Assembly (NCBI GenBank): GCA_963786105.1
Contig: CAWAXX010000017.1
Coordinates: 160,001 to 224,000 of the forward strand
DNA length: 64,000 nt
Source: Vulcanimicrobiota bacterium
Lineage (GTDB): Bacteria; Vulcanimicrobiota; Vulcanimicrobiia; Vulcanimicrobiales; Vulcanimicrobiaceae
Reading direction: 5' to 3'
Shown here: one piece after another, positions 47,889 through 57,226 of the stretch
How the letters are laid out: every line of letters starts with the position of its first letter
Position numbering within the stretch: position 1 is the first letter of the stretch
Program-made: the position numbers and the translations under genes
Notes under the pieces: model-generated
The model's input: only the letters and a program-made list of their open reading frames with translations
Database searches by the model: none
What the model was told of the DNA's origin: nothing

Positions 47889-48716
47889 ATGGAAAAACTG
47901 CAGCCAGGCAAGTGGTACGGACGAGTCGAACGCAGCCGGACGATCGGGGGCGTCCTTCTATCCGTCGTATATCACGATGTGTCTCGATCGATCGGTTTGC
48001 ACGAGCACACGCTGTCGTATTTCTTGCTTCCGTTTGCCGGCGGTTACCAGGAAACGCACGATGGGGTAACCATCGAGTACGATCCGTTCAGCATCGCGTT
48101 CCATCCGGCCGGATTCGTCCATTCCGATCAGATTCGTGGCCCCGAAAAGTTTTTTGCCATCGAGTTACAGCCGGAATGGCAATCGCGGGTCGGGCATTTG
48201 TTCGACGTCTCCGCTTGGCGATTCGAACTGCAACACGGCGAAGCGGTGTGGTTGGCGGTTAAGTTACTCCAGCGCTTTCTCCATGACGAGATCGACGACG
48301 TGTTGGAGGTGGATGCGGTCGTTTCTGAGATGCTGGGTATCGCGTTACGCATGGTCGATCGAGATCGCCCCCAACGTGCGTGGGTGGCCGAGGTGAAGCG
48401 TTTGCTTCGGGAAGGTTATACCAACCGTGTCTCCCTGGAAGAGCTAGGAGAGCGAATCGGCATTCATCCGGCATCGCTTTCACGCGGTTTTCGGCTCGAT
48501 GAAGGGCTCACCGTCGGCGAATACCTCAGTCGCATGCGCGTGCAGCAGGCATGCCGGCAAATGGCCGATTCGAACGTAACGCTTGCGCAAGTTGCCGCCG
48601 GCTGTGGATTTGCCGATCAAAGCCACCTCACGCGGGTGTTTAAGTCGATCACGGGGTCGGCTCCCGGCGTTTTTCGCGACCTCGTTTCGAACCGTTCCTA
48701 TTCGGGCTACTCGTAG
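47889..48716 (+). CDS. AraC family transcriptional regulator
   Basis: Cupin HEH motif; [22 protein letters not shown]; divergent from the DJ-1 gene. Confidence 0.9.
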   Translation: MEKLQPGKWYGRVERSRTIGGVLLSVVYHDVSRSIGLHEHTLSYFLLPFAGGYQETHDGVTIEYDPFSIAFHPAGFVHSDQIRGPEKFFAIELQPEWQSRVGHLFDVSAWRFELQHGEAVWLAVKLLQRFLHDEIDDVLEVDAVVSEMLGIALRMVDRDRPQRAWVAEVKRLLREGYTNRVSLEELGERIGIHPASLSRGFRLDEGLTVGEYLSRMRVQQACRQMADSNVTLAQVAAGCGFADQSHLTRVFKSITGSAPGVFRDLVSNRSYSGYS

Positions 48717-50047
48717 TCGGGCGCGCGCTCGTCCGGCGGCCGGGTCATGAAGAACGAGGGGGCTTTCGGCGCCTTGATGGGTACGAACTTCCGCGGCGGT
48801 TTGGTGAAATCGAAACAATCGCCGGCAGGTGAGTTTGCTCGAGTGTCGCTGGCGGCCAGCTGCCCGAGACCGAAAACGTCTTCGGCAAATCGCAAAATGC
48901 TTCCGGTTTCGTACTGTACGTGGGAAACGTGGCCGTGCTTGGCATACGGCGAGATGACCAGAAGCGGCACCCGAAAGCCGAGACCGTCGTAATCCAGATG
49001 CGGCGGCGGCACGTGATCGTAGAGGCCGCCCCAGTCGTCCCACATCACGAAGATCGCCGTTGAGTCCCAGAACTTGCTTTGACCTACGGCGTTGACGAGC
49101 GACGTCACCCACGAGGGACCGAATCCGCCGCCGCAGTTCACGTGATCGGATTCCTCGCACGTCGGAGTAATCCAGGTAACGTTCTCGAGCGTGCCGGCAG
49201 CGACGTCGGTGATGAACTGCTTTTGAGGTGTGATCACGTCTTGCTTCCAATCGGGACCGTCGCGGATGTGCTTGACCGCCTGGTAGCCCGACCACACGTA
49301 GTTGCCGAAGTGGCTGATGTTGCTCGAATAGAATCGCCACGTCAAGCCCGCTTTGTCGAGTTCGTCGCCGAGCGTCGTGTAGTCGAAACACGGCCTCTGC
49401 CCCTTGCCGACCGTGCGCTGCTGGGTGATCGTCGTCACCGTGTCGCCAGGTCCGCCGTCGCATCCCCAATCCCCCCAGGGGATATTGACGCTCGACCGCG
49501 CTTGGGCGGCGATGATGTATTGGTGCGACACGAAGCTTTCGTCGAGATGCGATTGGAACATGCGATCGCCCACCACCCACTCGTGCGCCATGTCGAAGTA
49601 CGGCTGCGATTCGTCGTGCGGCACGTACACGTACTCAGGGTTTTTAGGGCTCTTAGGGTTTCCGAAAGTCTGTTCCTTATTGAAACCGTCGTTTCGGCAG
49701 TTCGTTCCCGGCAGTTTTCCGGTTCCGTTGCAGGCTGCGATCATCGCGCTCAACGAGTGGTCGATGACGTACTTCGTTGCCAGACTCACCGGCGCAAGCG
49801 TAATGGTTTGTCCCAAAGAGTTCTTGCCGCGGGGAACCGTGTCGGCCCCCGGATACCCTTGGAAGAGATTGTCGAAGCTGCGGTTCTCTTGAATAATAAT
49901 AACGACGTGTTTGATCGGACTGGAGCTCGTCGCCGGGCGCGCGACGCCCGGCGGGACGGTGGAGCTCCCAGGCGTTTGAGAAAATGGAGTGCTGCAAGCC
50001 GTTGCAAAGGCAACGGCGAGCACGGCCGCGAGCGCATTTTTCATCAT
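48707..50047 (-). CDS. Phospholipase C / phosphoesterase family lipoprotein, copy 2
   Basis: [32 protein letters not shown] and [12 protein letters not shown] motifs; lipobox ATAC. Confidence 0.88.
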   Translation of the reverse strand: MMKNALAAVLAVAFATACSTPFSQTPGSSTVPPGVARPATSSSPIKHVVIIIQENRSFDNLFQGYPGADTVPRGKNSLGQTITLAPVSLATKYVIDHSLSAMIAACNGTGKLPGTNCRNDGFNKEQTFGNPKSPKNPEYVYVPHDESQPYFDMAHEWVVGDRMFQSHLDESFVSHQYIIAAQARSSVNIPWGDWGCDGGPGDTVTTITQQRTVGKGQRPCFDYTTLGDELDKAGLTWRFYSSNISHFGNYVWSGYQAVKHIRDGPDWKQDVITPQKQFITDVAAGTLENVTWITPTCEESDHVNCGGGFGPSWVTSLVNAVGQSKFWDSTAIFVMWDDWGGLYDHVPPPHLDYDGLGFRVPLLVISPYAKHGHVSHVQYETGSILRFAEDVFGLGQLAASDTRANSPAGDCFDFTKPPRKFVPIKAPKAPSFFMTRPPDERAPDYE

Positions 50048-50063
50048 ATCGTCGACCTCCAAG

Positions 50064-51410
50064 CTATTCGTAGTCGGGCGCGCGCTCGTCCGGCGCCCGG
50101 GTCATGAAGAACGAGGGGGCTTTCGGCGCCTTGATGGGTACGAACTTCCGCGGCGGTTTGGTGAAATCGAAACAATCGCCGGCAGGTGAGTTTGCTCGAG
50201 TGTCGCTGGCGGCCAGCTGCCCGAGACCGAAAACGTCTTCGGCAAATCGCAAAATGCTTCCGGTTTCGTACTGTACGTGGGAAACGTGGCCGTGCTTGGC
50301 ATACGGCGAGATGACCAGAAGCGGCACCCGAAAGCCGAGACCGTCGTAATCCAGATGCGGCGGCGGCACGTGATCGTAGAGGCCGCCCCAGTCGTCCCAC
50401 ATCACGAAGATCGCCGTTGAGTCCCAGAACTTGCTTTGACCTACGGCGTTGACGAGCGACGTCACCCACGAGGGACCGAATCCGCCGCCGCAGTTCACGT
50501 GATCGGATTCCTCGCACGTCGGAGTAATCCAGGTAACGTTCTCGAGCGTGCCGGCAGCGACGTCGGTGATGAACTGCTTTTGAGGTGTGATCACGTCTTG
50601 CTTCCAATCGGGACCGTCGCGGATGTGCTTGACCGCCTGGTAGCCCGACCACACGTAGTCGACGTAGTCGTTGATGTTGCTCGAATAGAATCGCCACGTC
50701 AAGCCCGCTTTGTCGAGTTCGTCACCGAGCGTCAGGTAGTCGAAGCACGCCCGCTGATATTTGCCGATCGCGCGTTGCGAATTGATCGTTGGCACCGTGT
50801 CGCTCGGTCCGCCGTCGCATCCCCAATAACCGGCCGGCAGATCGACGCTCGATGCGGCTTGGGCGGCGATGATGTATTGGTGCGACACGAAGCTTTCGTC
50901 GAGATGCGATTGAAACATGCGATCGCCCACCACCCACTCGTGCGCCATGTCGAAGTACGGCTGCGATTCATCGTGCGGCACGTACACGTATTCAGGATTC
51001 TTGGGGCCGCCGTAGGTCCGTTCCTTATTGAAACCGTCGTTTCGGCACTTCGTTCCCGGCAGTTTTCCGGTTCCGTTGCAGGCTGCGGTCATCGCGCTCA
51101 ACGAGTGGTCGATGACGTATTGGGTTGCCAGGCTTACCGGTGCAAGCGCGATGGTTTGTCCCAAGGAGTTCTTGCCGCTCGGAACCGTGTCGGCCCCCGG
51201 ATACCCTTGGAAGAGATTGTCGAAGCTGCGGTTCTCTTGAATAATAATAACGACGTGTTTGATCGGACTGGAGCTCGTCGCCGGGCGCGCGACGCCCGGC
51301 GGGACGGTAGAGCTCCCAGGCGTTTGAGAAAATGGAGTGCTGCAAGCCGTTACAAAGGCAACGGCGAGCACGGCCGCGAGCCGCTTAACCATAAGACCAC
51401 GCACCTCCAT
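50064..51410 (-). CDS. Phospholipase C / phosphoesterase family lipoprotein, copy 1
   Basis: Same motifs as the adjacent copy; lipobox VTAC. Confidence 0.88.
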   Translation of the reverse strand: MEVRGLMVKRLAAVLAVAFVTACSTPFSQTPGSSTVPPGVARPATSSSPIKHVVIIIQENRSFDNLFQGYPGADTVPSGKNSLGQTIALAPVSLATQYVIDHSLSAMTAACNGTGKLPGTKCRNDGFNKERTYGGPKNPEYVYVPHDESQPYFDMAHEWVVGDRMFQSHLDESFVSHQYIIAAQAASSVDLPAGYWGCDGGPSDTVPTINSQRAIGKYQRACFDYLTLGDELDKAGLTWRFYSSNINDYVDYVWSGYQAVKHIRDGPDWKQDVITPQKQFITDVAAGTLENVTWITPTCEESDHVNCGGGFGPSWVTSLVNAVGQSKFWDSTAIFVMWDDWGGLYDHVPPPHLDYDGLGFRVPLLVISPYAKHGHVSHVQYETGSILRFAEDVFGLGQLAASDTRANSPAGDCFDFTKPPRKFVPIKAPKAPSFFMTRAPDERAPDYE

Positions 51411-51562
51411 TGGGGACGACGCTTTGAGAAGGGCCCGCTTCCGCGATCTCGGCCGGCTCTCCTAGGAATCACGTTCTTCACAAACGTGAAACCGCTCGCG
51501 TGCACCTACAGGTGGGCGTCTTCAAACGGACGTATCTCAGGAAAGCTGTTCGGGAGGCTTCG

Positions 51563-52459
51563 ATGACGACGATCGCGTGTGGGGCGGGTGCGCGCAAGAG
51601 CGTGGCATCCGCACTTTTCGGAAGCGCGCTGCTGATGGCTTGCGCCGATCCCGGGTTCGCGGCGTCCCACGTTGCGTCGCATGCAGCGGTCGCAACACCG
51701 CATAATACGGCGCCGCACGCCGCGAACGTCGTGGTCGTTATGATGGAGAACCGAGATTACAGCCTCATCATCGGGAATTCCCAGGCTCCGTACATCAACG
51801 GAACGTTGGTACCGCAAGCGGCGCTCATGACAAACAGTCATGCGATCGTCCATCCGAGCGAGCCCAACTATCTCGCCTTTTTCTCCGGATCGACCCAAGG
51901 CGTTCGCGACGATTCGTGCCCGCAAACGTTTTCGACGGAAAACGTCGGGGCCGAACTTCTTGCAGCGGGCAAAACGTTCGACGGATACTCGGAGTCGATG
52001 CCATCCAACGGGTATACAGGGTGCTGGGCGGACAAATATGCCCGAAAGCACAACCCGTGGGTGGACTTTTCCAACGTCCCGGCGTCGTCGAACCTCGTCT
52101 ATAGCGGCTTTCCGAGCAGTCCACCGACGGTAGCGATCGTCGTTCCGAACCTCTGCAACGACATGCACGACTGCAGCACCCGGATCGGCGATGACTGGCT
52201 AAAGGTGAATCTGCCGCCGATTCTCAAGTACGACAACGCTCACGGCGGCTTGCTGATCCTCACGTGGGATGAGGCCGATCCCGACCAAAACGGAAAGAAT
52301 CAAATCGCCACCTTGCTAATCGGACCGACGATCGCGCCCGGTTCGTATAACCAGCTCGTCAATCATTATTCGGTGCTGCGCACCATCGAGGCGATCGCCG
52401 GCGTTCCCTGCACGGCCAATGCCTGTCAGGCGGTCGAGTTGCAGAAGATGTGGCGCTGA
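51563..52459 (+). CDS. Secreted phosphoesterase / acid phosphatase family protein
   Basis: VVVMMENR, HPSEPNYLA, YARKHNPW, PNLCNDMHD and HYSVLRTIE motifs. Confidence 0.85.
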   Translation: MTTIACGAGARKSVASALFGSALLMACADPGFAASHVASHAAVATPHNTAPHAANVVVVMMENRDYSLIIGNSQAPYINGTLVPQAALMTNSHAIVHPSEPNYLAFFSGSTQGVRDDSCPQTFSTENVGAELLAAGKTFDGYSESMPSNGYTGCWADKYARKHNPWVDFSNVPASSNLVYSGFPSSPPTVAIVVPNLCNDMHDCSTRIGDDWLKVNLPPILKYDNAHGGLLILTWDEADPDQNGKNQIATLLIGPTIAPGSYNQLVNHYSVLRTIEAIAGVPCTANACQAVELQKMWR

Positions 52460-53670
52460 CCTCCGTGCGCCGTTTTACCCGCGGCGTCGCCGTGCTGGTT
52501 GCGTCCATCGTTTCGCCGGGATTTGCGTTGGCCGCTCCCGCCGTCGTCGGCGCGCCCTCGGCGACGACGGTCCAAAACATCGTACGCAGTTCCATGGCGG
52601 AGAACCACCTCAAGGCGGTCATCGTCCAGGTGCGCTCGAACGGCACCGACCTTTACACGGGGGCTTTCGGCGATTCGATGACCGGCGTGCCGGCGTCGCC
52701 CGACATGCACTTTCGCAATGGAGCGCTGGCGTTTACATACATGGCGACGCTGCTGCTCGAGCTCGTCGACCAGAAGAAAGTGACGCTCGAAACGAAGCTC
52801 TCGACGTACCTTCCAGGTCTTCCCAATGCGGACCGAATCACGCTGCGGAACTTGGCGCAAATGACGTCGGGGTACGCCGATTACGTATACCAGCCGGAGT
52901 TCTTGCAGGGGTTGTATCGCGACCCGTTCCGCCAGTGGACCCCGGAGGAACTCATGGCGATCGGCGTCTCGAAGCCGATTCAGTTCGCACCTGGGACGAA
53001 CTGGGGCTACTCCCACACAAACTACGTCGTCCTCGGCCGCGTGCTCGAAAAGATCGCCGGCATGCCGATCGCAGAAGCTATTGCCCGATACGTGTTGGAA
53101 CCGATGGGCTTGAAGCAGACCGGCGCGCTACCGACGCCGGTAATTCCCGAGCCGGTGTTGCACGCTTTCAGTTCCGAACGCCGCGAAGTGCTCGGCATCA
53201 ACGCCGGCGTGCCGTTCTACGAGGAAGCGACGTACTGGAACCCGTCGTGGACGACGATCGAGGGCGCCGTCGAAACGACCGACATTTCCGACTTGAGCCT
53301 CTCGATCGAAGCGGTCGCCGGTGGGAAGCTGTTGTCAGCGACGTCGTCCGTCGCGCAAATCGTGCCGAGCCTCATCGGATTCGGCCACGTGCAGCCGGAC
53401 TGCCCCGCGTGTCGCGAAAACACCAGCGCGTTGAACTACGGTCTCGGCGTGATCGACAGCGGAGCTTGGATCATGCAAACGTTAGGATTTGCCGGCGCCT
53501 CGGGAGCGGTCGGATATTTGCCGGCGCAAAAGCTCACGATCGCGCTTGATGTAACCAACGGGCCCGGCGCGTACGACGACAAAGGGAATGCCGGGCTCGG
53601 CGCCGTCGCCGTGTTTCGCGCGCTTGCCGATGCGCTGGCACCGGGGACGCTGCCGCCTTCGGCTCGCTAA
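52450..53670 (+). CDS. Beta-lactamase-family (serine hydrolase fold) secreted protein lacking SxxK
   Basis: ITLRNLAQMTSG and PGTNWGYSHTNY motifs; FRNGALAF in place of FRIGSxTK. Confidence 0.8.
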   Translation: MALTSVRRFTRGVAVLVASIVSPGFALAAPAVVGAPSATTVQNIVRSSMAENHLKAVIVQVRSNGTDLYTGAFGDSMTGVPASPDMHFRNGALAFTYMATLLLELVDQKKVTLETKLSTYLPGLPNADRITLRNLAQMTSGYADYVYQPEFLQGLYRDPFRQWTPEELMAIGVSKPIQFAPGTNWGYSHTNYVVLGRVLEKIAGMPIAEAIARYVLEPMGLKQTGALPTPVIPEPVLHAFSSERREVLGINAGVPFYEEATYWNPSWTTIEGAVETTDISDLSLSIEAVAGGKLLSATSSVAQIVPSLIGFGHVQPDCPACRENTSALNYGLGVIDSGAWIMQTLGFAGASGAVGYLPAQKLTIALDVTNGPGAYDDKGNAGLGAVAVFRALADALAPGTLPPSAR

Positions 53671-53680
53671 GCGGTTGTGG

Positions 53681-53715
53681 AAGGTAAACTGAGCCGATGC
53701 TGGGTAAATCTAGCG
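53681..53715 (+). promoter_or_regulatory. Candidate operator(s) upstream of phaB-phaC
   Basis: TGCT-GGGTAAATCT-AGCG (53698-53715) plus GGTAAACTGAGC just upstream; matches the site at 56626-56643. Confidence 0.55.
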
Positions 53716-53716
53716 C

Positions 53717-54472
53717 GTGAGCAGTCTACCACTTGAAAAGCGGGTAGCCGTCGTAACGGGCGGTTCCCGGGGAATCGGAGGCGCGATTAGCCGTCTCCTG
53801 GCAGAAGACGGGGCAACGGTCGCCGTCTTAGGGCTCCCGATCGACCGGGAACGCACCGAAACGCTTCGGCATCATCTCAACGGAAGTGCGCCAAGACTGC
53901 ACTTTTACGAAGGCGACGTCGGTGTGTTTGGAGATTGCCGTAAGGCGGTTGAGGGCATCGTCGCCGAGCACGGCCGCATCGACTACCTCATCAACAATGC
54001 CGGCATCACGCGCGATCACACGGTTCGCAAAATGACCGTCGAGGAATGGCAAGCGGTTCTGCAGGTAAATCTGTCGGGACCGTTTTTCATGATCAAGGCC
54101 GTCCTCGACACCATGGTCGCCCGGCAGTTCGGTAGGATCGTCAACATCAGCTCGGTGGTCGGTCAGGGCGGCAACTTCGGACAGGCGAACTACGCCGCCG
54201 CCAAGGCTGGACTCATCGGCCTAACCAAGACGGTCGCGCTGGAAGTAGCCAAAAACCGCATTACGGTGAACGCGGTCGCGCCCGGTTTCATCGACACGGA
54301 CATGACCAAGGCGATGCCGTCCGAGGCGATCGAGACGGCGATCGCGCAAACGCCCAAACGCCGGCTGGGACAGCCCGAAGAAGTCGCGCATCTCGTGCGC
54401 TTCCTGATCGACGATCATGCCGGCTACATCACCGGCGCGGTGTATAACGTCAACGGCGGCTGGTACATGTGA
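53717..54472 (+). CDS. phaB: Acetoacetyl-CoA reductase
   Basis: TGGSRGIG, NNAGITRD and GNFGQANYAAAKAG motifs; GTGA-coupled to phaC. Confidence 0.8.
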   Translation: MSSLPLEKRVAVVTGGSRGIGGAISRLLAEDGATVAVLGLPIDRERTETLRHHLNGSAPRLHFYEGDVGVFGDCRKAVEGIVAEHGRIDYLINNAGITRDHTVRKMTVEEWQAVLQVNLSGPFFMIKAVLDTMVARQFGRIVNISSVVGQGGNFGQANYAAAKAGLIGLTKTVALEVAKNRITVNAVAPGFIDTDMTKAMPSEAIETAIAQTPKRRLGQPEEVAHLVRFLIDDHAGYITGAVYNVNGGWYM

Positions 54473-56232
54473 GGGCTCTCGACGAAGCGCGCGACGAAAC
54501 GCCGTTGCCGGCCGACGACCTCAGCTACGGTATCGACGTCACCGGGCTCGACCCTGCGTCGCTCAACGATGCGCTCAAGGCCGTCTTGGCCGACGCTATG
54601 GCCGATCCGTTGCGCATGAGCACTTGGCTCTCGGGTTTTGCTTTGGCCGAGCAGAACGTGGGGCTGAACATGCTGCGCCGCTTGGGCGGCCAAGAGGCGA
54701 TGGCGCCGCTAGGTCAGAGCCCGGCCGCCGCCGCTGACAAGCGCTTCAGCGAGCCGGAATGGTCGAGCAATCCGCTGCTCGCGGGGATCGTGGAAGACTA
54801 CAGAGTGCGAACGCAGGCGGCATTGCAGCTGGTCGATTCGGCGCGGTTGCCGGACGCGACCCGGCGAAAAGCGCGCTTCGCCATGCAGCTGATGTTCGAT
54901 GCGTTTGCGCCGAGCAACGTGCCGTGGCTCAATCCCGGGGTCGTAAAGGAAGCGATGAATACCGGTGGATTGAGTTTGCTGCAAGGCCTGCGCAACTTCA
55001 TGGACGACCTGCAAAACAACGGCGGCTATCCGCGTCAGGTCGACGCGTCGGGCTTCGAACTGGGGAACAACATCGCCGCCACCCCGGGCCGCGTGGTCGT
55101 GCGTAACGACCTGATCGAGTTGATTGCCTACGAGCCGCAGACGCCGAAGGTTCACGCGATACCGATCTTATGCAGCCCGCCGTGGATCAATAAGTTCTAC
55201 ATCATGGATTTGGCCCCGGGCCGCTCGTTCGTGGAATGGGCGGTAAAGCACGGGCACCAAGTTTTCATGATCAGCTATCGCAATCCCGACGAAGGCATGT
55301 CGCACCTAAAAATGGACGACTATCTGCGCTCGGGCTTTTTAGCGGCCCTCGACGCCGTGCAAGACATCACCGGCGCCAAGACCGTCAACGTTTCGGCGCT
55401 GTGTTTGGGCGGGACGCTCGCGCTGATCGCCATGGCGTATCTCGCCGCTCACGGCCAGAGCGGCCGCATCAACAGCCTGACGGTGACCAACACGCTGATC
55501 GACTTCAGCATACCTGGCGACCTTGGCGTGTTTACGGACGAGGACACGATTAGCCGTCTGGAACGGCGCATGCGCGAGCGTGGCTACCTTGAATCGCAGG
55601 AGATGGCAAAAACGTTCGACTGGATGCGGTCGCACGACCTCATTTGGAGTTACGTCGTCAACAGCTGGTATAAAGGGAAGAAGCCGCCGGCGTTCGACAT
55701 CCTCGCGTGGAACGGCGACTCGACGAGGATGCCGGTCGAGATGCACTCGCAGTATCTGCGCGCGTGCTACCTGCATAACGCGATCGTAAAGCCGGGCGCG
55801 TTCGTTATTGACGACACGCCGATCGATCTTGGCAAAATTTCGGCGCCGCTATACGTGCTGGGTGCCGAGAACGATCACATCGCGCCGTGGAACGCGACGT
55901 ACTTGACGACGCAACACGTGGGCGGCGACGCGAAGTACACGCTGACCAACTCCGGCCACATCGCCGGTATCGTCAACCCGCCGGGCGGGAAGAAGAGTTT
56001 GTATTACACCAAACCCGCCGCGGCGCGCGGCGAGACTGCCCAAGAATGGCTTGAAACGGCCGACCGGCGGCAAGGAAGCTGGTGGGAAGATTGGGCCGCG
56101 TGGGCGGACGCGCACGGCGGCGAGATGCGCGAGCCCTACCGGCTGCCGGAAGGCGAGCCCGCTCCCGGCAGGTACGTGCGCAATGAGACCGGCTCATCGT
56201 TCGGCCCGGCGCTCGAGGCGAGAACCTCGTGA
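54469..56232 (+). CDS. phaC: Polyhydroxyalkanoate synthase (class I/II type)
   Basis: ATPGRVV, PPWINKFYIMDL, ISYRNP, LCLGG (catalytic Cys), DHIAPW, SGHIAG and GSWW motifs. Confidence 0.93.
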   Translation: MRALDEARDETPLPADDLSYGIDVTGLDPASLNDALKAVLADAMADPLRMSTWLSGFALAEQNVGLNMLRRLGGQEAMAPLGQSPAAAADKRFSEPEWSSNPLLAGIVEDYRVRTQAALQLVDSARLPDATRRKARFAMQLMFDAFAPSNVPWLNPGVVKEAMNTGGLSLLQGLRNFMDDLQNNGGYPRQVDASGFELGNNIAATPGRVVVRNDLIELIAYEPQTPKVHAIPILCSPPWINKFYIMDLAPGRSFVEWAVKHGHQVFMISYRNPDEGMSHLKMDDYLRSGFLAALDAVQDITGAKTVNVSALCLGGTLALIAMAYLAAHGQSGRINSLTVTNTLIDFSIPGDLGVFTDEDTISRLERRMRERGYLESQEMAKTFDWMRSHDLIWSYVVNSWYKGKKPPAFDILAWNGDSTRMPVEMHSQYLRACYLHNAIVKPGAFVIDDTPIDLGKISAPLYVLGAENDHIAPWNATYLTTQHVGGDAKYTLTNSGHIAGIVNPPGGKKSLYYTKPAAARGETAQEWLETADRRQGSWWEDWAAWADAHGGEMREPYRLPEGEPAPGRYVRNETGSSFGPALEARTS

Positions 56233-56612
56233 CCGACGGTACCGAGGACGACCGGGGGCCGCGCACCGCCTGGAGCAGCCTCGGCGAATTCATTCGCAGC
56301 CAGCGCGAGCTCGCCAACCTGTCGATGCGCCAGTTGGCCGAGATCGCGAAGATCTCCAACCCCTACCTCAGCCAGGTCGAGCGGGGACTCTATAAGCCAT
56401 CGGCCGACGTACTCAAGCAGATCGCCAATGCGTTGCACCTCTCGGCCGAGACGATGTACGCTCAGGCGGGCCTGCTCGATAACACAGCTGAGCAAGGCAA
56501 CCATCATGGGGTTGAGCACGCGATCAAGCTAGATCCGCGTTTGACGGTCGATCAAAAGGAAGCCCTCATTCGGATATACCGCAGTTTTGCAGGGGGCGGC
56601 TCCGGCGGTTGA
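56229..56612 (+). CDS. XRE-family HTH regulator (Rv0474-like)
   Basis: LGEFIRSQRE, SMRQLAE and SNPYLSQVERGLYKPSADVL motifs; GTGA-coupled to phaC. Confidence 0.88.
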   Translation: MTDGTEDDRGPRTAWSSLGEFIRSQRELANLSMRQLAEIAKISNPYLSQVERGLYKPSADVLKQIANALHLSAETMYAQAGLLDNTAEQGNHHGVEHAIKLDPRLTVDQKEALIRIYRSFAGGGSGG

Positions 56613-56644
56613 CAAATGCCCCGAGTGCTTGGTAAACTTAGCAC
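56609..56644 (+). promoter_or_regulatory. Sigma70 promoter of the phasin-like gene with overlapping inverted repeat
   Basis: TTGACA (56609-14), 18 bp, TG-G-TAAACT (-10 at 56633-38); GTGCT-N10-AGCAC straddles the -10. Confidence 0.7.
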
Positions 56645-56671
56645 ACCAAAGCACACAGGAGTACAACATAC

Positions 56672-57055
56672 ATGGCCGTCAACGTAGCCGACTATTTCAC
56701 CAAAATGCAGCAAGAGAGCCTGAGCGCTCTCAAGCAGGGTCAGGACGCCAGCATCAAGGCGCTCGATCAGTTCCGCGCCTTCGGCAAAGAGTTCGCCGAG
56801 AAGCCGGGCACGCTCCCGACCTTCGAAAACATGCCGTCGCCGACGCAGCTCGTCGAGATGTCGTTCGGATTCGCCGCCCAAGTTCTCGAGCTTCGTAAAG
56901 CCTACACTCTGAAGATCGCCGAGATGCTCGTCGAGACTCAGAAGCAGGCCGAAGCCACGGTCAAGCAGGCCACTGCCACCGTCCAGAACGCGACGCAAAA
57001 CATGACCCAAAACGGCTCGACCATTCCGACGAAGCCGGTCACCACGAATAAGTAG
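56672..57055 (+). CDS. Putative phasin / granule-associated coiled-coil protein
   Basis: 127 aa, A/Q/K/T-rich helical sequence; SD AGGAG; directly after phaC-XRE. Confidence 0.6.
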   Translation: MAVNVADYFTKMQQESLSALKQGQDASIKALDQFRAFGKEFAEKPGTLPTFENMPSPTQLVEMSFGFAAQVLELRKAYTLKIAEMLVETQKQAEATVKQATATVQNATQNMTQNGSTIPTKPVTTNK

Positions 57056-57069
57056 TTCCTTCGCGGCGC

Positions 57070-57109
57070 CCTTCGACGGCGCGCCATCGGCGCTCCGCTC
57101 AGGATGACA
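57070..57109 (+). repeat. REP-like repeat copy
   Basis: CCTTCGACGGC-GCGCC-ATC-GGCGC-TCCGCTCAGGATGACA. Confidence 0.88.
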
Positions 57110-57226
57110 CCGCCTCAGGGAAGGTCCCGTAACGGGAAAAAAGGGGTAGCAAGGCCGCTCGGTTTCGACCGAGCGGTTCCTTTTATTGGCCGCGGACGAT
57201 ACAATGCGCCCAGAAGGAGGGCTACT

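Larger units (their letters stand above)
48707..51410. repeat. Tandem direct duplication, unit length 1357 bp
   Basis: The two plc genes align at offset 1357; about 48741-49302 matches 50098-50659 with no difference seen by eye. Confidence 0.9.
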
